The notes: generated from the sequence alone by a model not told the origin. 64,000 nt of DNA from Sphingobacteriales bacterium (GCA_027486795.1 JAIXOI010000012.1:2425-66424), one strand, 5' to 3'; positions 27,392-37,704 are shown, counted from the first letter of the stretch. Numbers and translations: made by a program.

Positions 27392-27528
27392 GGCAAGTTG
27401 GTTTAAGTTGGAGAATCAAAATGTCGGAAGTCACATTTGGATTTCAGTAATAAAACGACCCTGTAAAAAGAATGGTTGCCTTAGCAATTTACATTCGTCG
27501 ATAAACCGAATATTATCTAACGCAAATT

Positions 27529-27566
27529 ACTTGATACTTGATACTTGATACTTGATACTCGATACT
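27529..27566. repeat. tandem heptamer (ACTTGAT)x4 + ACTCGAT + ACT
   Basis: Read directly. It lies between the stop at 27572 and the start at 27391 of two minus-strand genes. Confidence 0.9.
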
Positions 27567-27571
27567 AGAAG

Positions 27572-28945
27572 TTACTTTTTAGCCGCCGCTGCATACTCAC
27601 CATAAAAAGCCGAAATGGTTTCAATGCCTTTGTAGAAATTGAACAAACCATAGTGCTCGTTCGGCGAGTGGATGGCATCAGAGTCGAGACCAAAGCCCAT
27701 CAACAATGATTTTAGTCCCAACACCTCTTCAAACAACGCTACAATAGGAATGCTTCCACCGCTGCGCTGTGGTATCGGCGTTTTGCGGAAGGTTTTGGTG
27801 TATGCCTTTTCCGCTGCCTTGTAAGCGATAGAATCGGTTGGGGTAACCACTGGTTTGCCGCCATGGTGCGGTATTACTTTCACCTTCACCGAGGCTGGCG
27901 CTATACTTTCAAAGTGCTTGGTAAACAGTTCGGTTATCTTATCGTCGTTTTGGTTGGGCACCAAGCGCATGCTTATTTTGGCCTTGGCTTTGCTTGGCAA
28001 TACGGTTTTAGCACCTTCGCCAATGTAGCCACCCCACATGCCGTTTACGTCAAGCGTGGGGCGTATGCTCGTGCGCTCAAGGGTTGTGTAGCCCTTTTCG
28101 CCTTTCACGTCCTTAATGTCCAAATGCTCTTTGTATGCCGCCAAGTCAAACGGGGCGCGGCCCATGTTTTCGCGCTCATCGGTGGTTAGTTCCACCACAT
28201 CGTCATAAAAACCTGGGATGGTTATATGGCCGTTCTCGTCCATCAAAGAGGCAATCATTTGGCACAACACGTTAATAGGGTTTGCCACTGCACCACCATA
28301 TACACCGCTATGCAAATCGCGATTAGGGCCAACAACTTCCACTTCCAAATAAGCCAAGCCACGAAGGCCAGTAGTAATAGACGGGGTATCATTGGCAATC
28401 ATCGAGGTATCCGATATCAAGATTATGTCGCCTGCCAAACGCTCTTTGTTTTCTTTGATGAATGGGCCGAGGTTTGATGAACCAACTTCCTCCTCCCCTT
28501 CTATCATAAACTTCACGTTGCAAGGCAAATTATTAGTAGCCAAAAGCGCCTCAAAAGCCTTAATGTGCATGTACATTTGGCCCTTATCGTCGCAAGCACC
28601 GCGGGCGTATATTTTGCCATCCTTTATTACTGGGTCGAATGGTGGGCTGTCCCACAATTCATAAGGGTCGGCAGGCTGCACATCGTAGTGGCCGTAAACT
28701 ACCGCGGTAGGCAGGGCTGGGTCAATTATCTTTTCGCCATACACAATCGGGAAACCGTCAGTAGGGCAAACTTCCACATTATCGGCACCGGCAGCTATCA
28801 ATTTCTCTTTCACAAACTCGGCCGCATCAAACACATCATCTTGAAAATCAGGGTCGGCACTTACCGATGGAATAGCCAACAACTCCATCAATTCTTCCAA
28901 AAAACGGTCTTTGTTACTTTCAAGGTAATTGTTCAGTGCATCCAT
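27572..28945 (-). CDS. M20-family metallodipeptidase
   Basis: 457-aa ORF with HYDVQPADP, GACDDKG and EGEEEVGS motifs. Confidence 0.85.
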   Translation of the reverse strand: MDALNNYLESNKDRFLEELMELLAIPSVSADPDFQDDVFDAAEFVKEKLIAAGADNVEVCPTDGFPIVYGEKIIDPALPTAVVYGHYDVQPADPYELWDSPPFDPVIKDGKIYARGACDDKGQMYMHIKAFEALLATNNLPCNVKFMIEGEEEVGSSNLGPFIKENKERLAGDIILISDTSMIANDTPSITTGLRGLAYLEVEVVGPNRDLHSGVYGGAVANPINVLCQMIASLMDENGHITIPGFYDDVVELTTDERENMGRAPFDLAAYKEHLDIKDVKGEKGYTTLERTSIRPTLDVNGMWGGYIGEGAKTVLPSKAKAKISMRLVPNQNDDKITELFTKHFESIAPASVKVKVIPHHGGKPVVTPTDSIAYKAAEKAYTKTFRKTPIPQRSGGSIPIVALFEEVLGLKSLLMGFGLDSDAIHSPNEHYGLFNFYKGIETISAFYGEYAAAAKK

Positions 28946-28965
28946 GGTGTAAAAAAGGTTTGTGG

Positions 28966-28973
28966 CAAAGATA
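28966..28973 (-). promoter_or_regulatory. candidate Bacteroidota -7 box (TATCTTTG) for the dipeptidase gene
   Basis: The reverse strand reads TATCTTTG, matching TAnnTTTG, 21 nt upstream of the ATG. Confidence 0.4.
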
Positions 28974-28976
28974 GGA

Positions 28977-29011
28977 AATAGTCCACGGTCGATAGTCGAC
29001 AGTCTACGGAC
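28977..29011. repeat. heptamer-phased tract AATAGTC CACGGTC GATAGTC GACAGTC TACGGAC
   Basis: Read directly. Positions 28977-28997 are the exact reverse complement of 31355-31375. Confidence 0.8.
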
Positions 29012-29040
29012 AGTTTTAGCAACAAAAAGCGAAAGCCTAT

Positions 29041-29445
29041 CTATTTAGTCCAATTTGCAATCTTCAAATCCTTAATTCGGATGAAATGTTTCTCATTATT
29101 GGTAGCCAACGTAAGCTTATTGCTGATAGCAATACCTGCTATCAATAGATCCATATCGTCAATTATATTACCACCTTTCTTTAGTTCTCCATAAATCTGG
29201 GCAGAAATCGCAATACTATCCTGGCTTAAGTTCAATATTTCATTTTCGTTTAAAAACTTCTTAAAAAGTTTTAGCTGCTGCTTGGCTCCCTTTGCTTCTA
29301 AACCGCTCATAATCTCATAGCTTGTTAGGGAGCTTATGGTTAAGAATTTATATTGCAGCAAATACTCACTAGCAGCATTTATTACCTTCTCGTTACCTTT
29401 TAGATAATATGATAGGATATCAGTATCCAGTAGAATTTTGCTCAT
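29041..29445 (-). CDS. vapC: PIN-domain toxin (VapC family)
   Basis: 134-aa ORF beginning ILLDTDILSYYL, with further acidic residues spaced as in PIN domains. There is a 4-nt overlap with the upstream small gene. Confidence 0.8.
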   Translation of the reverse strand: MSKILLDTDILSYYLKGNEKVINAASEYLLQYKFLTISSLTSYEIMSGLEAKGAKQQLKLFKKFLNENEILNLSQDSIAISAQIYGELKKGGNIIDDMDLLIAGIAISNKLTLATNNEKHFIRIKDLKIANWTK

Positions 29446-29684
29446 TCTCTGAAGTCTTTTCGGCTAACATTGGTTGAGCGTCTTTCGTGAAGTCCTGTTG
29501 TTAAACCTTCAACAACATCATTATCCAGATTTTTCCATATCCCTGCATATGCTAAAATTCTTTCTCTTTGCGAGTCGCTTGGCTTAAGTTTTTTAAGCAA
29601 TACCAAAACTTGTCGCAACTGGTCTTGATCAAGGCCATCCAACTGCTCAACTATCTTGTTCTTTAACTCTTTTGTCTTTGCCAT
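29442..29684 (-). CDS. putative antitoxin partner of VapC
   Basis: 80-aa ORF that is translationally coupled to the PIN gene. The family is not recognised. Confidence 0.55.
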   Translation of the reverse strand: MAKTKELKNKIVEQLDGLDQDQLRQVLVLLKKLKPSDSQRERILAYAGIWKNLDNDVVEGLTTGLHERRSTNVSRKDFRE

Positions 29685-29808
29685 AATACTAAGTTAAATA
29701 AAAAGCGAAAAAATTCCGTTTAATACTATCAGAACGTTTTAATTACCGTTAACTCGTATCCAACAGTTTCAACAAAACCATACTTTTATTATCTTACTGA
29801 TACCCACC

Positions 29809-30588
29809 ATGAAAAAGCATTTTTTTATCCTCTCCACACCCGGTTTTATTATTGGATTGATATTGCTGTTGCTGAACGATTGGATGCTGAAAGACCTTTT
29901 TCACAACTGGGCCACGGGCAAGCTGTCAGACTTTGCAGGGATGTTCGTGTTCCCGCTGTTTTGGGTGGCGCTGTTTCCGAGGTTGGGCAAACATGCATTT
30001 TGGGCCAGTGCCGTTTGGTTTATCTATTGGAAATCGCCCTACAGCCAACAGCTGATTGATAGTTGGAACAGTCTGGGGTGGTATTCCATCCATCGAGTAT
30101 TGGACTTGACGGATTTAATGGCTTTGGTGATGGTGCCCTTAGCTTATCGTTATTGGAAGCGTGAGCCTAAAGCGGTGCCGTTTAGGTTACACCCCGTGGT
30201 ACCGCTGGGTGTGGCGGCTTTTGCGTTTATGGCTACCGGCCGCGGTCGTGAGGAAATTTACCCAAGGGAAATCTACCAGCTTCCTTTTCCTAAAGATAGC
30301 CTTAACAAGTGGATTCCTATGTTGGAAAATGTATGGATAGTAAGTGGGGTAGATAATGACAATCCAGACAATATCCGTTTGCATTTAGGTTCGAGCTGGT
30401 TTGAATTGGGAGCATTCCAGAAAAACCCAAACGAGTTATATCTGATACTATACAAAGCATCCCTCGAAGGAAGCGCTAACGATACCACGCTAAATGTAAA
30501 AGCGCTGAAACGATTTAAAGAAGCATTTATTGATCCCCTCCTAGAAAAACACCGCACCACCCAAGATTCCATCCCCAATATTCCCTAA
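29809..30588 (+). CDS. hypothetical integral membrane protein
   Basis: 259-aa ORF with about five hydrophobic segments in the first 150 aa. No recognisable motif. Confidence 0.5.
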   Translation: MKKHFFILSTPGFIIGLILLLLNDWMLKDLFHNWATGKLSDFAGMFVFPLFWVALFPRLGKHAFWASAVWFIYWKSPYSQQLIDSWNSLGWYSIHRVLDLTDLMALVMVPLAYRYWKREPKAVPFRLHPVVPLGVAAFAFMATGRGREEIYPREIYQLPFPKDSLNKWIPMLENVWIVSGVDNDNPDNIRLHLGSSWFELGAFQKNPNELYLILYKASLEGSANDTTLNVKALKRFKEAFIDPLLEKHRTTQDSIPNIP

Positions 30589-30597
30589 TATTGCCCC

Positions 30598-31257
30598 ATG
30601 GATTTGGAACGACTTAACGATTGGGAGCAACGCTTCACCGCTTGGTGGCAACAACGCCCTGTTGAAGATGGTGCACACGATTTAGCACATTTCCGCAGAG
30701 TATGGAACAGCGCCAAACACATTGCCGAACTCGAAACCGAGCCCGCTGATTTGTTGACGTTACTAACTGCTGCGTACTTCCATGATTTGGTATCATTGCC
30801 CAAAAACCACCCAGATAGAAGCAAATCGTCTTGGTTGAGTGCCGAGCAAACGGAGGCGCTGCTCAAAAGCGAGTTCCCTAATTTTCCGATGGAATTGCTA
30901 GTTGGTGTGAAACACGCCATTCATGCCCATAGCTTTTCGGCCAATGTTAGCCCTACCACTATCGAAGCCAAAATATTGCAAGATGGCGACCGCATGGAGG
31001 CTCTTGGTGCTATCGGTATTGCGCGCACGTTTTACGTATCCGGCCAAATGAACCGCGCCATGTTCCACCCCGAAGACCCGCTGGGCGAAAACCGGGAACT
31101 GAACGACACCGAATTTGCCTTGGACCACTTTCAACTTAAACTGCTAAAACTACCCGAGCTGTTTAAAACCAAAACTGGCCGAAAAATGGCCAAGGAAAAG
31201 GTAGCGTTTGTAAGGGAATTTATGATGCGGCTAGATAAGGAAGCAAGAGGTATATAA
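30598..31257 (+). CDS. HD-domain phosphohydrolase
   Basis: 219-aa ORF containing HDLAHFRRV...FHDL...HAHS...DGDR. Confidence 0.8.
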   Translation: MDLERLNDWEQRFTAWWQQRPVEDGAHDLAHFRRVWNSAKHIAELETEPADLLTLLTAAYFHDLVSLPKNHPDRSKSSWLSAEQTEALLKSEFPNFPMELLVGVKHAIHAHSFSANVSPTTIEAKILQDGDRMEALGAIGIARTFYVSGQMNRAMFHPEDPLGENRELNDTEFALDHFQLKLLKLPELFKTKTGRKMAKEKVAFVREFMMRLDKEARGI

Positions 31258-31354
31258 AACAAGCACAACCAGCTGTTAATAACATCTTACCCCGTACGAA
31301 ACCATAAGTGCGAGCATTTGGTTAAATTTATGCTTGGAAATAACCCACTCCATG

Positions 31355-31389
31355 GACTATCGACCGTGGACTATTGACCCAAAGACAAT
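31355..31389. repeat. heptamer-phased tract GACTATC GACCGTG GACTATT GACCCAA AGACAAT directly before the parE ATG
   Basis: Read directly. It gives a 21-nt exact inverted match to 28977-28997. Confidence 0.8.
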
Positions 31390-33265
31390 GGCCGAAGAAG
31401 AAATAACACCCCTACCGCACAATTATAACGAAGATAACATCCGATCACTCGATTGGAAAGAGCACATTCGTATGCGCCCTGGTATGTACATCGGTAAACT
31501 AGGTGATGGCTCTGCTTATGATGACGGTATCTACGTGCTGGTAAAGGAAATCATCGATAACTCCATCGATGAGCACGTAATGGGTTACGGCAAGCGCATC
31601 GACATTAAAATAAGTGACAAGAAGGTTACCGTGCGCGATTATGGCCGTGGTATTCCGCTGGGCAAAGTGATTGATTGCGTAAGTAAGATAAACACGGGTG
31701 GCAAATACGACAGCAAAGCGTTCCAAAAATCCGTGGGATTGAATGGCGTGGGTACTAAAGCCGTGAACGCTTTGAGCTACAACTTTGTGGTGCAATCAGT
31801 GCGCGACGGCAAAATGAAAATTGCCGAGTTTGAGAAAGGTGAATTGATAAACGACTCGCCAATAACCGATACCGACGAGCGCAACGGCACCACCATGACC
31901 TTTGTGCCCGACGATACCATTTTCAAAAACTACCACTTTATACCTGAGTTTTTGGAGAACCAGATATGGAACTACGCTTACCTAAATGCTAAGTTGGGTC
32001 TGTATTTTAATGGTACCAAGTTTTACTCTGAAAACGGCTTGCTCGATTTGTTGTTGAACAAGACTGACCCTGATACCCTACGCTACCCTATCGTTCACCT
32101 AAAAGGTGAGGATATTGAAATTGCCCTTACACATGGCAACTCTTATGGTGAGGAATACTATAGTTTCGTTAACGGCCAGTACACTACCCAAGGTGGTACA
32201 CATTTAGCGGCTTTTAGGGAGGCAGTAGTAAAAACCGTTCGGGAGTTCTTTAAAAAGGATTTTGATGCTGCCGATGTGCGCACTGCTATTATTGGTGCCA
32301 TAAGTGTACGGGTGCAAGAACCCGTGTTTGAGAGCCAAACCAAAACCAAACTCGGCTCCATTAATATGGCTGCCGAAGGCCCAACCGTGCGTGGCTTTAT
32401 TTTGGATTTTGTGAAAAAAGAATTGGACGATTACCTGCACAAACACCCGGAGGTAGCCGATTCCATGCAGCGCCGCATAACCCAAAGCGAGCGCGAGCGT
32501 AAAGAGATTGCCGGTATTAAAAAACTGGCCAACCAACGCGCCAAAAAGGCAAACCTGCACAACAAAAAGCTTCGCGATTGCCGCATGCACCTAGATGATG
32601 GCAAAACCGAAGAAAAATATAACAGCACCCTATTTATTACCGAAGGAGACTCGGCGAGCGGTAGTATTACCAAGGCTCGCGATGTACAAACCCAAGCAGT
32701 GTTCAGTTTGCGCGGTAAGCCACTAAACTGCTTTGGCCTTACCAAAAAAGTAGTGTACGAAAACGAAGAGTTTAACCTACTGCAGCATGCCCTTAATATT
32801 GAGGATGGCATTGAATACTTGCGGTACAACCGCGTGGTAATTGCTACCGATGCCGACGTAGATGGTATGCACATTCGGTTGCTGTTGCTTACTTTCTTTT
32901 TGCAGTTTTTCCCCGATTTGGTGCGCCAAGGGCATGTGTACATACTAGAAACACCATTGTTTAGGGTGCGCAACAAAAAAGAAACCATATACTGCTACAC
33001 CGACGAGGAACGCCAAAATGCTATTGCCAAATTAGGCGTGAAACCTGAGATAACCCGATTCAAAGGTTTAGGCGAGATTTCGCCAGATGAATTCGGACAA
33101 TTTATTGGGGAGGACATGCGCCTTTCGCCTATACTGCTGACTAAAGAAACCAGTATTCAAAACCTATTGAACTACTACATGGGTAAAAACACCCCCGAAA
33201 GGCAACTCTTCATTATAGATAACCTTAAGGTGGAAAAGGATATAGTAAACGAAGTGCCCGCATAA
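31388..33265 (+). CDS. parE: DNA topoisomerase IV subunit B (type IIA topoisomerase ATPase subunit)
   Basis: Contains ...[20 protein letters not shown]..., GLNGVG, a Toprim EGDSA and a DxDxDG (DADVDGMH). At about 625 aa it lacks the long GyrB insert. The start could also be the ATG at 31352. Confidence 0.85.
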   Translation: MAEEEITPLPHNYNEDNIRSLDWKEHIRMRPGMYIGKLGDGSAYDDGIYVLVKEIIDNSIDEHVMGYGKRIDIKISDKKVTVRDYGRGIPLGKVIDCVSKINTGGKYDSKAFQKSVGLNGVGTKAVNALSYNFVVQSVRDGKMKIAEFEKGELINDSPITDTDERNGTTMTFVPDDTIFKNYHFIPEFLENQIWNYAYLNAKLGLYFNGTKFYSENGLLDLLLNKTDPDTLRYPIVHLKGEDIEIALTHGNSYGEEYYSFVNGQYTTQGGTHLAAFREAVVKTVREFFKKDFDAADVRTAIIGAISVRVQEPVFESQTKTKLGSINMAAEGPTVRGFILDFVKKELDDYLHKHPEVADSMQRRITQSERERKEIAGIKKLANQRAKKANLHNKKLRDCRMHLDDGKTEEKYNSTLFITEGDSASGSITKARDVQTQAVFSLRGKPLNCFGLTKKVVYENEEFNLLQHALNIEDGIEYLRYNRVVIATDADVDGMHIRLLLLTFFLQFFPDLVRQGHVYILETPLFRVRNKKETIYCYTDEERQNAIAKLGVKPEITRFKGLGEISPDEFGQFIGEDMRLSPILLTKETSIQNLLNYYMGKNTPERQLFIIDNLKVEKDIVNEVPA

Positions 33266-33598
33266 GTATAATGCTGAAGTGTAAGGCTTTGTAAGCCTAC
33301 TACCAGTCTAAAACAGTTGTTGTTGTGGCTATAGTCAATGCTTTATACCCAAATAAGAAAACCAATATGCGCAAAACAAGCGCACCGATAGGGCAGACAA
33401 CTAAGCATCGAAAAGAGCCTGGCACAGTGGAAAAAAACTTTTCTAGAACGGAGGTTTAAAACGGTTTGCCTATGTTTTGGCTCATACCACTTCTAAATTG
33501 GGGAGGTTGCGTTGGCAACCTTTGCTTATTAGACAGTGCTGTTATTGCGCAAAAACGACAATTACTCAACCAATAAGCCTCTCGCCTGTTTCTTGAAT

Positions 33599-33877
33599 AT
33601 GGAACAACAACTAACCCAACAAGATATTGACCGTATAATAGAAATGGCCTGGGAAGACCGCACACCATTTGAGGCCATTAAGCAGCAATTTGGATTAGAC
33701 GAAGGCAGCACCATACAACTCATGCGCAAGGAAATGAAATCGTCCAGTTTCCGTATGTGGCGCGCTAGGGTGCAAAGCCGGAATACAAAACACTTGAAAA
33801 AACGAGGTGAAGATGTTGACCGATTTAAATGCACCCTGCAAAGGGCTATAACGATGAACAAAATTTCGAAGCGATAA
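33599..33877 (+). CDS. DUF2805 / TIGR03643-family small protein
   Basis: From the internal ATG: MEQQLTQQDIDRIIEMAWEDRTPFEAIKQQFGL.E...LMRKEMK.SSFRMWR.RV..R.TKH, the signature I associate with this family. Confidence 0.65.
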   Translation: MEQQLTQQDIDRIIEMAWEDRTPFEAIKQQFGLDEGSTIQLMRKEMKSSSFRMWRARVQSRNTKHLKKRGEDVDRFKCTLQRAITMNKISKR

Positions 33878-33938
33878 TAAATTTGGCCTTGTGGTATAAT
33901 AAATAGCCTACTCAACCGTCAACTTAATTAGGCTAATA

Positions 33939-34976
33939 TTGGATAGCTTTGGCCAATTGCACGAATTTTTAAGTTACCATATGCACACCTCTAATCCTGA
34001 ATTAAAAACCATACTCTCACCGACCGAATGGAAGGGAACCCCGTTGACCAAATCGGGTAGGTTTTCAAACCACGAGCACCCTTTTGATACGGGCATGGCC
34101 GATGTATTGAAATGGCAACTGACGGCCAACCCCGATAAAGCCGCTAAAAAGCGCGACCGCTGGCGATTGAAGCCGGCAATTTACAACGATTGGCTCACCT
34201 CTAACGTTGACTGTATTGTTTGGTTGGGACATAGTACCTTTTTTATTAGGCTCGATGGGGCAACAGTGCTTATAGACCCTGTGTTTGGCGATTTATCGTT
34301 TTTCATTAAGCGGTTTGTGAAATTTCCATTAGACCCAAATAAGCTTAAGAACCTAGACTACATTCTCCTTACGCACGACCACCGTGACCATTTAGATGAG
34401 CCTAGTATTAAAACCTTATCCAAAAACAACCCCAACGCCCGATATCTCACCGGCCTAGGAAACGAAGGTTTGTTAAAAAACATAACCAATAGCCAATTAA
34501 TACAATCGGCTGGATGGTTTCAGAAGTTTGAAACCCCTGATAGCCCGCTAGAAGTATTTTACTTGCCTAGCAGGCATTGGGGTCGCAGGTATTTAAATGA
34601 TACCAATATGCGCTTATGGGGTGCGTTCGTTATTCGCTCTGCCACCAAAACCATCTACTTCAGTGGCGACACGGGCTATGGCTCTCATTTTAAACAAGCC
34701 GCTGAGTTGTTCCCAGATATCACTCACGCAATTATCGGTATTGGTGCTTACAAGCCTGAGTGGTTTATGGGCAGCAACCATATTTCGCCCAAAGATGCCA
34801 TTAAAGGTTTCCATGAACTTGGCGCGAATCATTTAATACCGATGCACTATGGCACTTTCGACCTAAGCGACGAAGCCCTTAGCGACCCTTACCAAACCAT
34901 GCTACAACAGCAAGAAATGGGCAAAATAAATGGCCAGCTCATAATGCCCCAGCCCGGTGAGGTTATTGAGTTGTGA
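33939..34976 (+). CDS. MBL-fold metallo-hydrolase (NAPE-PLD-like)
   Basis: 345-aa ORF with LLTHDHRDHLD and later His/Asp ligands. The track start is TTG; an ATG at 33981 is an alternative. Confidence 0.8.
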   Translation: MDSFGQLHEFLSYHMHTSNPELKTILSPTEWKGTPLTKSGRFSNHEHPFDTGMADVLKWQLTANPDKAAKKRDRWRLKPAIYNDWLTSNVDCIVWLGHSTFFIRLDGATVLIDPVFGDLSFFIKRFVKFPLDPNKLKNLDYILLTHDHRDHLDEPSIKTLSKNNPNARYLTGLGNEGLLKNITNSQLIQSAGWFQKFETPDSPLEVFYLPSRHWGRRYLNDTNMRLWGAFVIRSATKTIYFSGDTGYGSHFKQAAELFPDITHAIIGIGAYKPEWFMGSNHISPKDAIKGFHELGANHLIPMHYGTFDLSDEALSDPYQTMLQQQEMGKINGQLIMPQPGEVIEL

Positions 34977-35062
34977 AATGTTCACATAATGATATGGTTC
35001 CCTTTTAATTGTCCCTTGTATACATTATCTTAATGGTGGCAAAACCAAAACTCAACAGCCCC

Positions 35063-35497
35063 ATGAAAACCCTTTCTCTCTGTTTCGCACTAGTGCTTTT
35101 TTCCACCTTTACATTTGCTGGTAATGCCAATATATTGGGTAAGTGGTACACAACCAACAAAGAAGGTATTGTAGAAATATACCAATGTGGCAGCAAGCTG
35201 TGCGGTAAAATAGTGTGGCTAAAAGAACCTAACAAAGAAGACGGCAGCCCAAAAACCGACGAAAACAATCCCGATGCTTCAAAAAAGAAACAACCCATTA
35301 TTGGCTTAAGTATGCTCAAAGGTTTTGTGCCCGATGGCAATAAATCTTGGGAAGACGGTGAAATATATGACCCAAAAAACGGCAAAACATACTCGTGCGA
35401 AATGGAGCTAAATGGGGAGGTTTTAGAAGTAAGAGGTTATATCGGTATATCGCTATTTGGGCGCACCGAAAAGTGGACTCGTGTAAAAAACGGATAA
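35063..35497 (+). CDS. DUF2147 domain-containing secreted protein
   Basis: Signal peptide MKTLSLCFALVLFSTFTFA, then GKWYT....VEIYQCG.KLCGKIVWLKEP...GEIYDPKNGKTYSC.MEL.G..L.VRGY.G....GRTE.WTRV. Confidence 0.75.
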   Translation: MKTLSLCFALVLFSTFTFAGNANILGKWYTTNKEGIVEIYQCGSKLCGKIVWLKEPNKEDGSPKTDENNPDASKKKQPIIGLSMLKGFVPDGNKSWEDGEIYDPKNGKTYSCEMELNGEVLEVRGYIGISLFGRTEKWTRVKNG

Positions 35498-35613
35498 TAA
35501 CTACATGACCGAGAATATTAAATTTTGTTAAATGCAGGTACAGGCTAAACAATTATGAGTTAATTTTATTCACTGATTGGTAAGGCCGGATTAAATCGGA
35601 CTGCTGAAAATGA

Positions 35614-37704
35614 ATGACCGAATCGTTATTATGGCTGGTACAAACAATAGCTGAGCTTTCCTACACTAAAGTTTCAGCCTCCCGTACAACTACTTTTATT
35701 AATTTGTGCAATGCTGGCAAAGTAAATGAAACCTTGCCAGATGCCTTTACACAATGGTGCCAAAACAACCATATTTCCTTTTCCGTTGCCGATGGTGCCA
35801 ATGATTGCGGAATGTTTGATTTGGCCATACAGTTTAAGTTTGCCGATTCGGGCAATACAATCATTGTTATTCAAAACATCGGCGAAGGCAAGGTAAGAGT
35901 TCAAGAGCGGATGCTTGAATCTGATGAAGGCAAAAGCTACGAAGCACCCATTAACAACCTAGGCAAATTATTAAGTAAAGGCCCTGTCTATTTACTCAAT
36001 ATAAAAGCAACAAATCAGTTGCCTGAAATAAACGGAGGGCCGCTTAATAGTCTTTTCAAAATATTGATGCAAGACAAAAAAGACATTTTACTGGTCTATG
36101 TTTTTGCAATTTTTGGAGGCTTTATAAACTTAACCCTGCCGCTTGGCATACAAGCAATAATAAACCTGATAACCATGCAGCAAATGAACACCAGTTGGTG
36201 GGTGCTGCTATTAATGGTTTTGCTGGGTGTGTTATTTACAGGTATTACCCAAATATTTCAGCTTTCAATAATTGAAACTATACAGCAAAGGTTGTTTTTT
36301 AGGGCGGCGTTTACCTTTTCAAGCAAGCTTCCTAAAATTGACATGGATCGGCTAACACAATATTATCCACCAGAGCTGGTAAACCGCTTTTTTGACGTAA
36401 TGACCGTTCAAAAGGGGATGAGCAAAATCTTAATGGACTTCTCCACTTCAACATTACAAATCCTTTTTGGCCTCATATTACTATCATTTTACCACTCATT
36501 CTTTATCTTTTTTGGTTTTATTTGGCTTGCTATTTTAATCGCCATTATAGCGTTTACCTCTAAGGCAGGGTTACGCACCAGTATTGAGGAAAGTAATTAT
36601 AAATACAAGTTGGCGTACTGGTTGCAAGAAATAGGAAGAAATTTAGTAACCTTTAAACTAAGTGATTCTCAACAATATATTTTTCAGCGAACCGACAACA
36701 ACACAACCGGATATTTAAAAGCCCGCAAAGCCCATTTCCGTGTATTGTTGCAACAGTTTGTAACTATAGTGCTTTTCAAATTTGTAGTAACTGGCAGCCT
36801 GCTTATTGTTGGGAGTATATTGGTTGTGAACCAAGAACTAAACATTGGGCAGTTTGTAGCAGCCGAAATTATCATCATCTTGCTAATGGTATCTGCCGAA
36901 AAGCTGATGTTAACCATGGAAACTGTGTACGATGTGCTCACATCGGTTGATAAACTTAAAAAAGTAGCCAATCTTCCAGAAGATTCTGCCGCTACCGACG
37001 GACTGCAGCTTAACGAAACGGGAACTGGATTAAACGTACGTTTTGAATCGGTTAGCTTTAAATACCATGATGCGCAAGAGCTCATTGTAAAGAAACTAAA
37101 TATAAACATAGCCTCTGGCGAGAAAATAGCCATTAGAACTGGAAACCAGCCTGGCAAAACCACAATATTAAAGCTACTGTCAGGGTTATACACTCCCACC
37201 GAAGGAAGAATTTTGATAAACGACTTCCCTATCGAAAATTATCGTCGCGATGAATTGCTCAATTACATCGGGCACAACCTTGATTCAGGGCAAATATTTA
37301 ACGGCAACCTAGAGCAAAATATTAGTTTAGGCCGCTCAGGTATCGATCGGAAAGAAATATTGGAAGTTTGCCGCATTTGCGATTTAATGCCATTAATACA
37401 ACAATTACCTTTCGGCCTTCTTACCGAGTTTTCGGCAGAAGACAAAAGAATTAGCTTAGGCATACAAAAACGAGTTTCGCTTGCAAGAGCTATTATTCAA
37501 AGGCCATTGTTACTTATCATTGACGATACCTTGCCCACGCTGAGCCCAGAACAAAAGACCGAGCTTTGGAGTTTTCTTGCACACAATAATCCCCTTTTAA
37601 CTGTTGTTGCCGTTACCGATGACGAAAGTATACTGAATATAAGCACCAGCGTTTATGAGCTGAAGGAAAACAAACTCAACTTAATAAAGGGAGGTGTAAA
37701 ATGA
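35614..37704 (+). CDS. PCAT/HlyB-like ABC exporter homolog with an N-terminal C39-like domain lacking catalytic residues and a nucleotide-binding domain with degenerate motifs
   Basis: 696-aa ORF with a ~150-aa N-terminal domain, a six-helix exporter TMD and a C-terminal NBD. Manual alignment to the consensus: Walker A reads RTGNQPGKTT, the signature reads ISLGIQKR (not LSGGQ), Walker B reads LLIIDDT (no catalytic Glu), and the H-loop reads VAVTDDES (no His). Confidence 0.7.
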   Translation: MTESLLWLVQTIAELSYTKVSASRTTTFINLCNAGKVNETLPDAFTQWCQNNHISFSVADGANDCGMFDLAIQFKFADSGNTIIVIQNIGEGKVRVQERMLESDEGKSYEAPINNLGKLLSKGPVYLLNIKATNQLPEINGGPLNSLFKILMQDKKDILLVYVFAIFGGFINLTLPLGIQAIINLITMQQMNTSWWVLLLMVLLGVLFTGITQIFQLSIIETIQQRLFFRAAFTFSSKLPKIDMDRLTQYYPPELVNRFFDVMTVQKGMSKILMDFSTSTLQILFGLILLSFYHSFFIFFGFIWLAILIAIIAFTSKAGLRTSIEESNYKYKLAYWLQEIGRNLVTFKLSDSQQYIFQRTDNNTTGYLKARKAHFRVLLQQFVTIVLFKFVVTGSLLIVGSILVVNQELNIGQFVAAEIIIILLMVSAEKLMLTMETVYDVLTSVDKLKKVANLPEDSAATDGLQLNETGTGLNVRFESVSFKYHDAQELIVKKLNINIASGEKIAIRTGNQPGKTTILKLLSGLYTPTEGRILINDFPIENYRRDELLNYIGHNLDSGQIFNGNLEQNISLGRSGIDRKEILEVCRICDLMPLIQQLPFGLLTEFSAEDKRISLGIQKRVSLARAIIQRPLLLIIDDTLPTLSPEQKTELWSFLAHNNPLLTVVAVTDDESILNISTSVYELKENKLNLIKGGVK

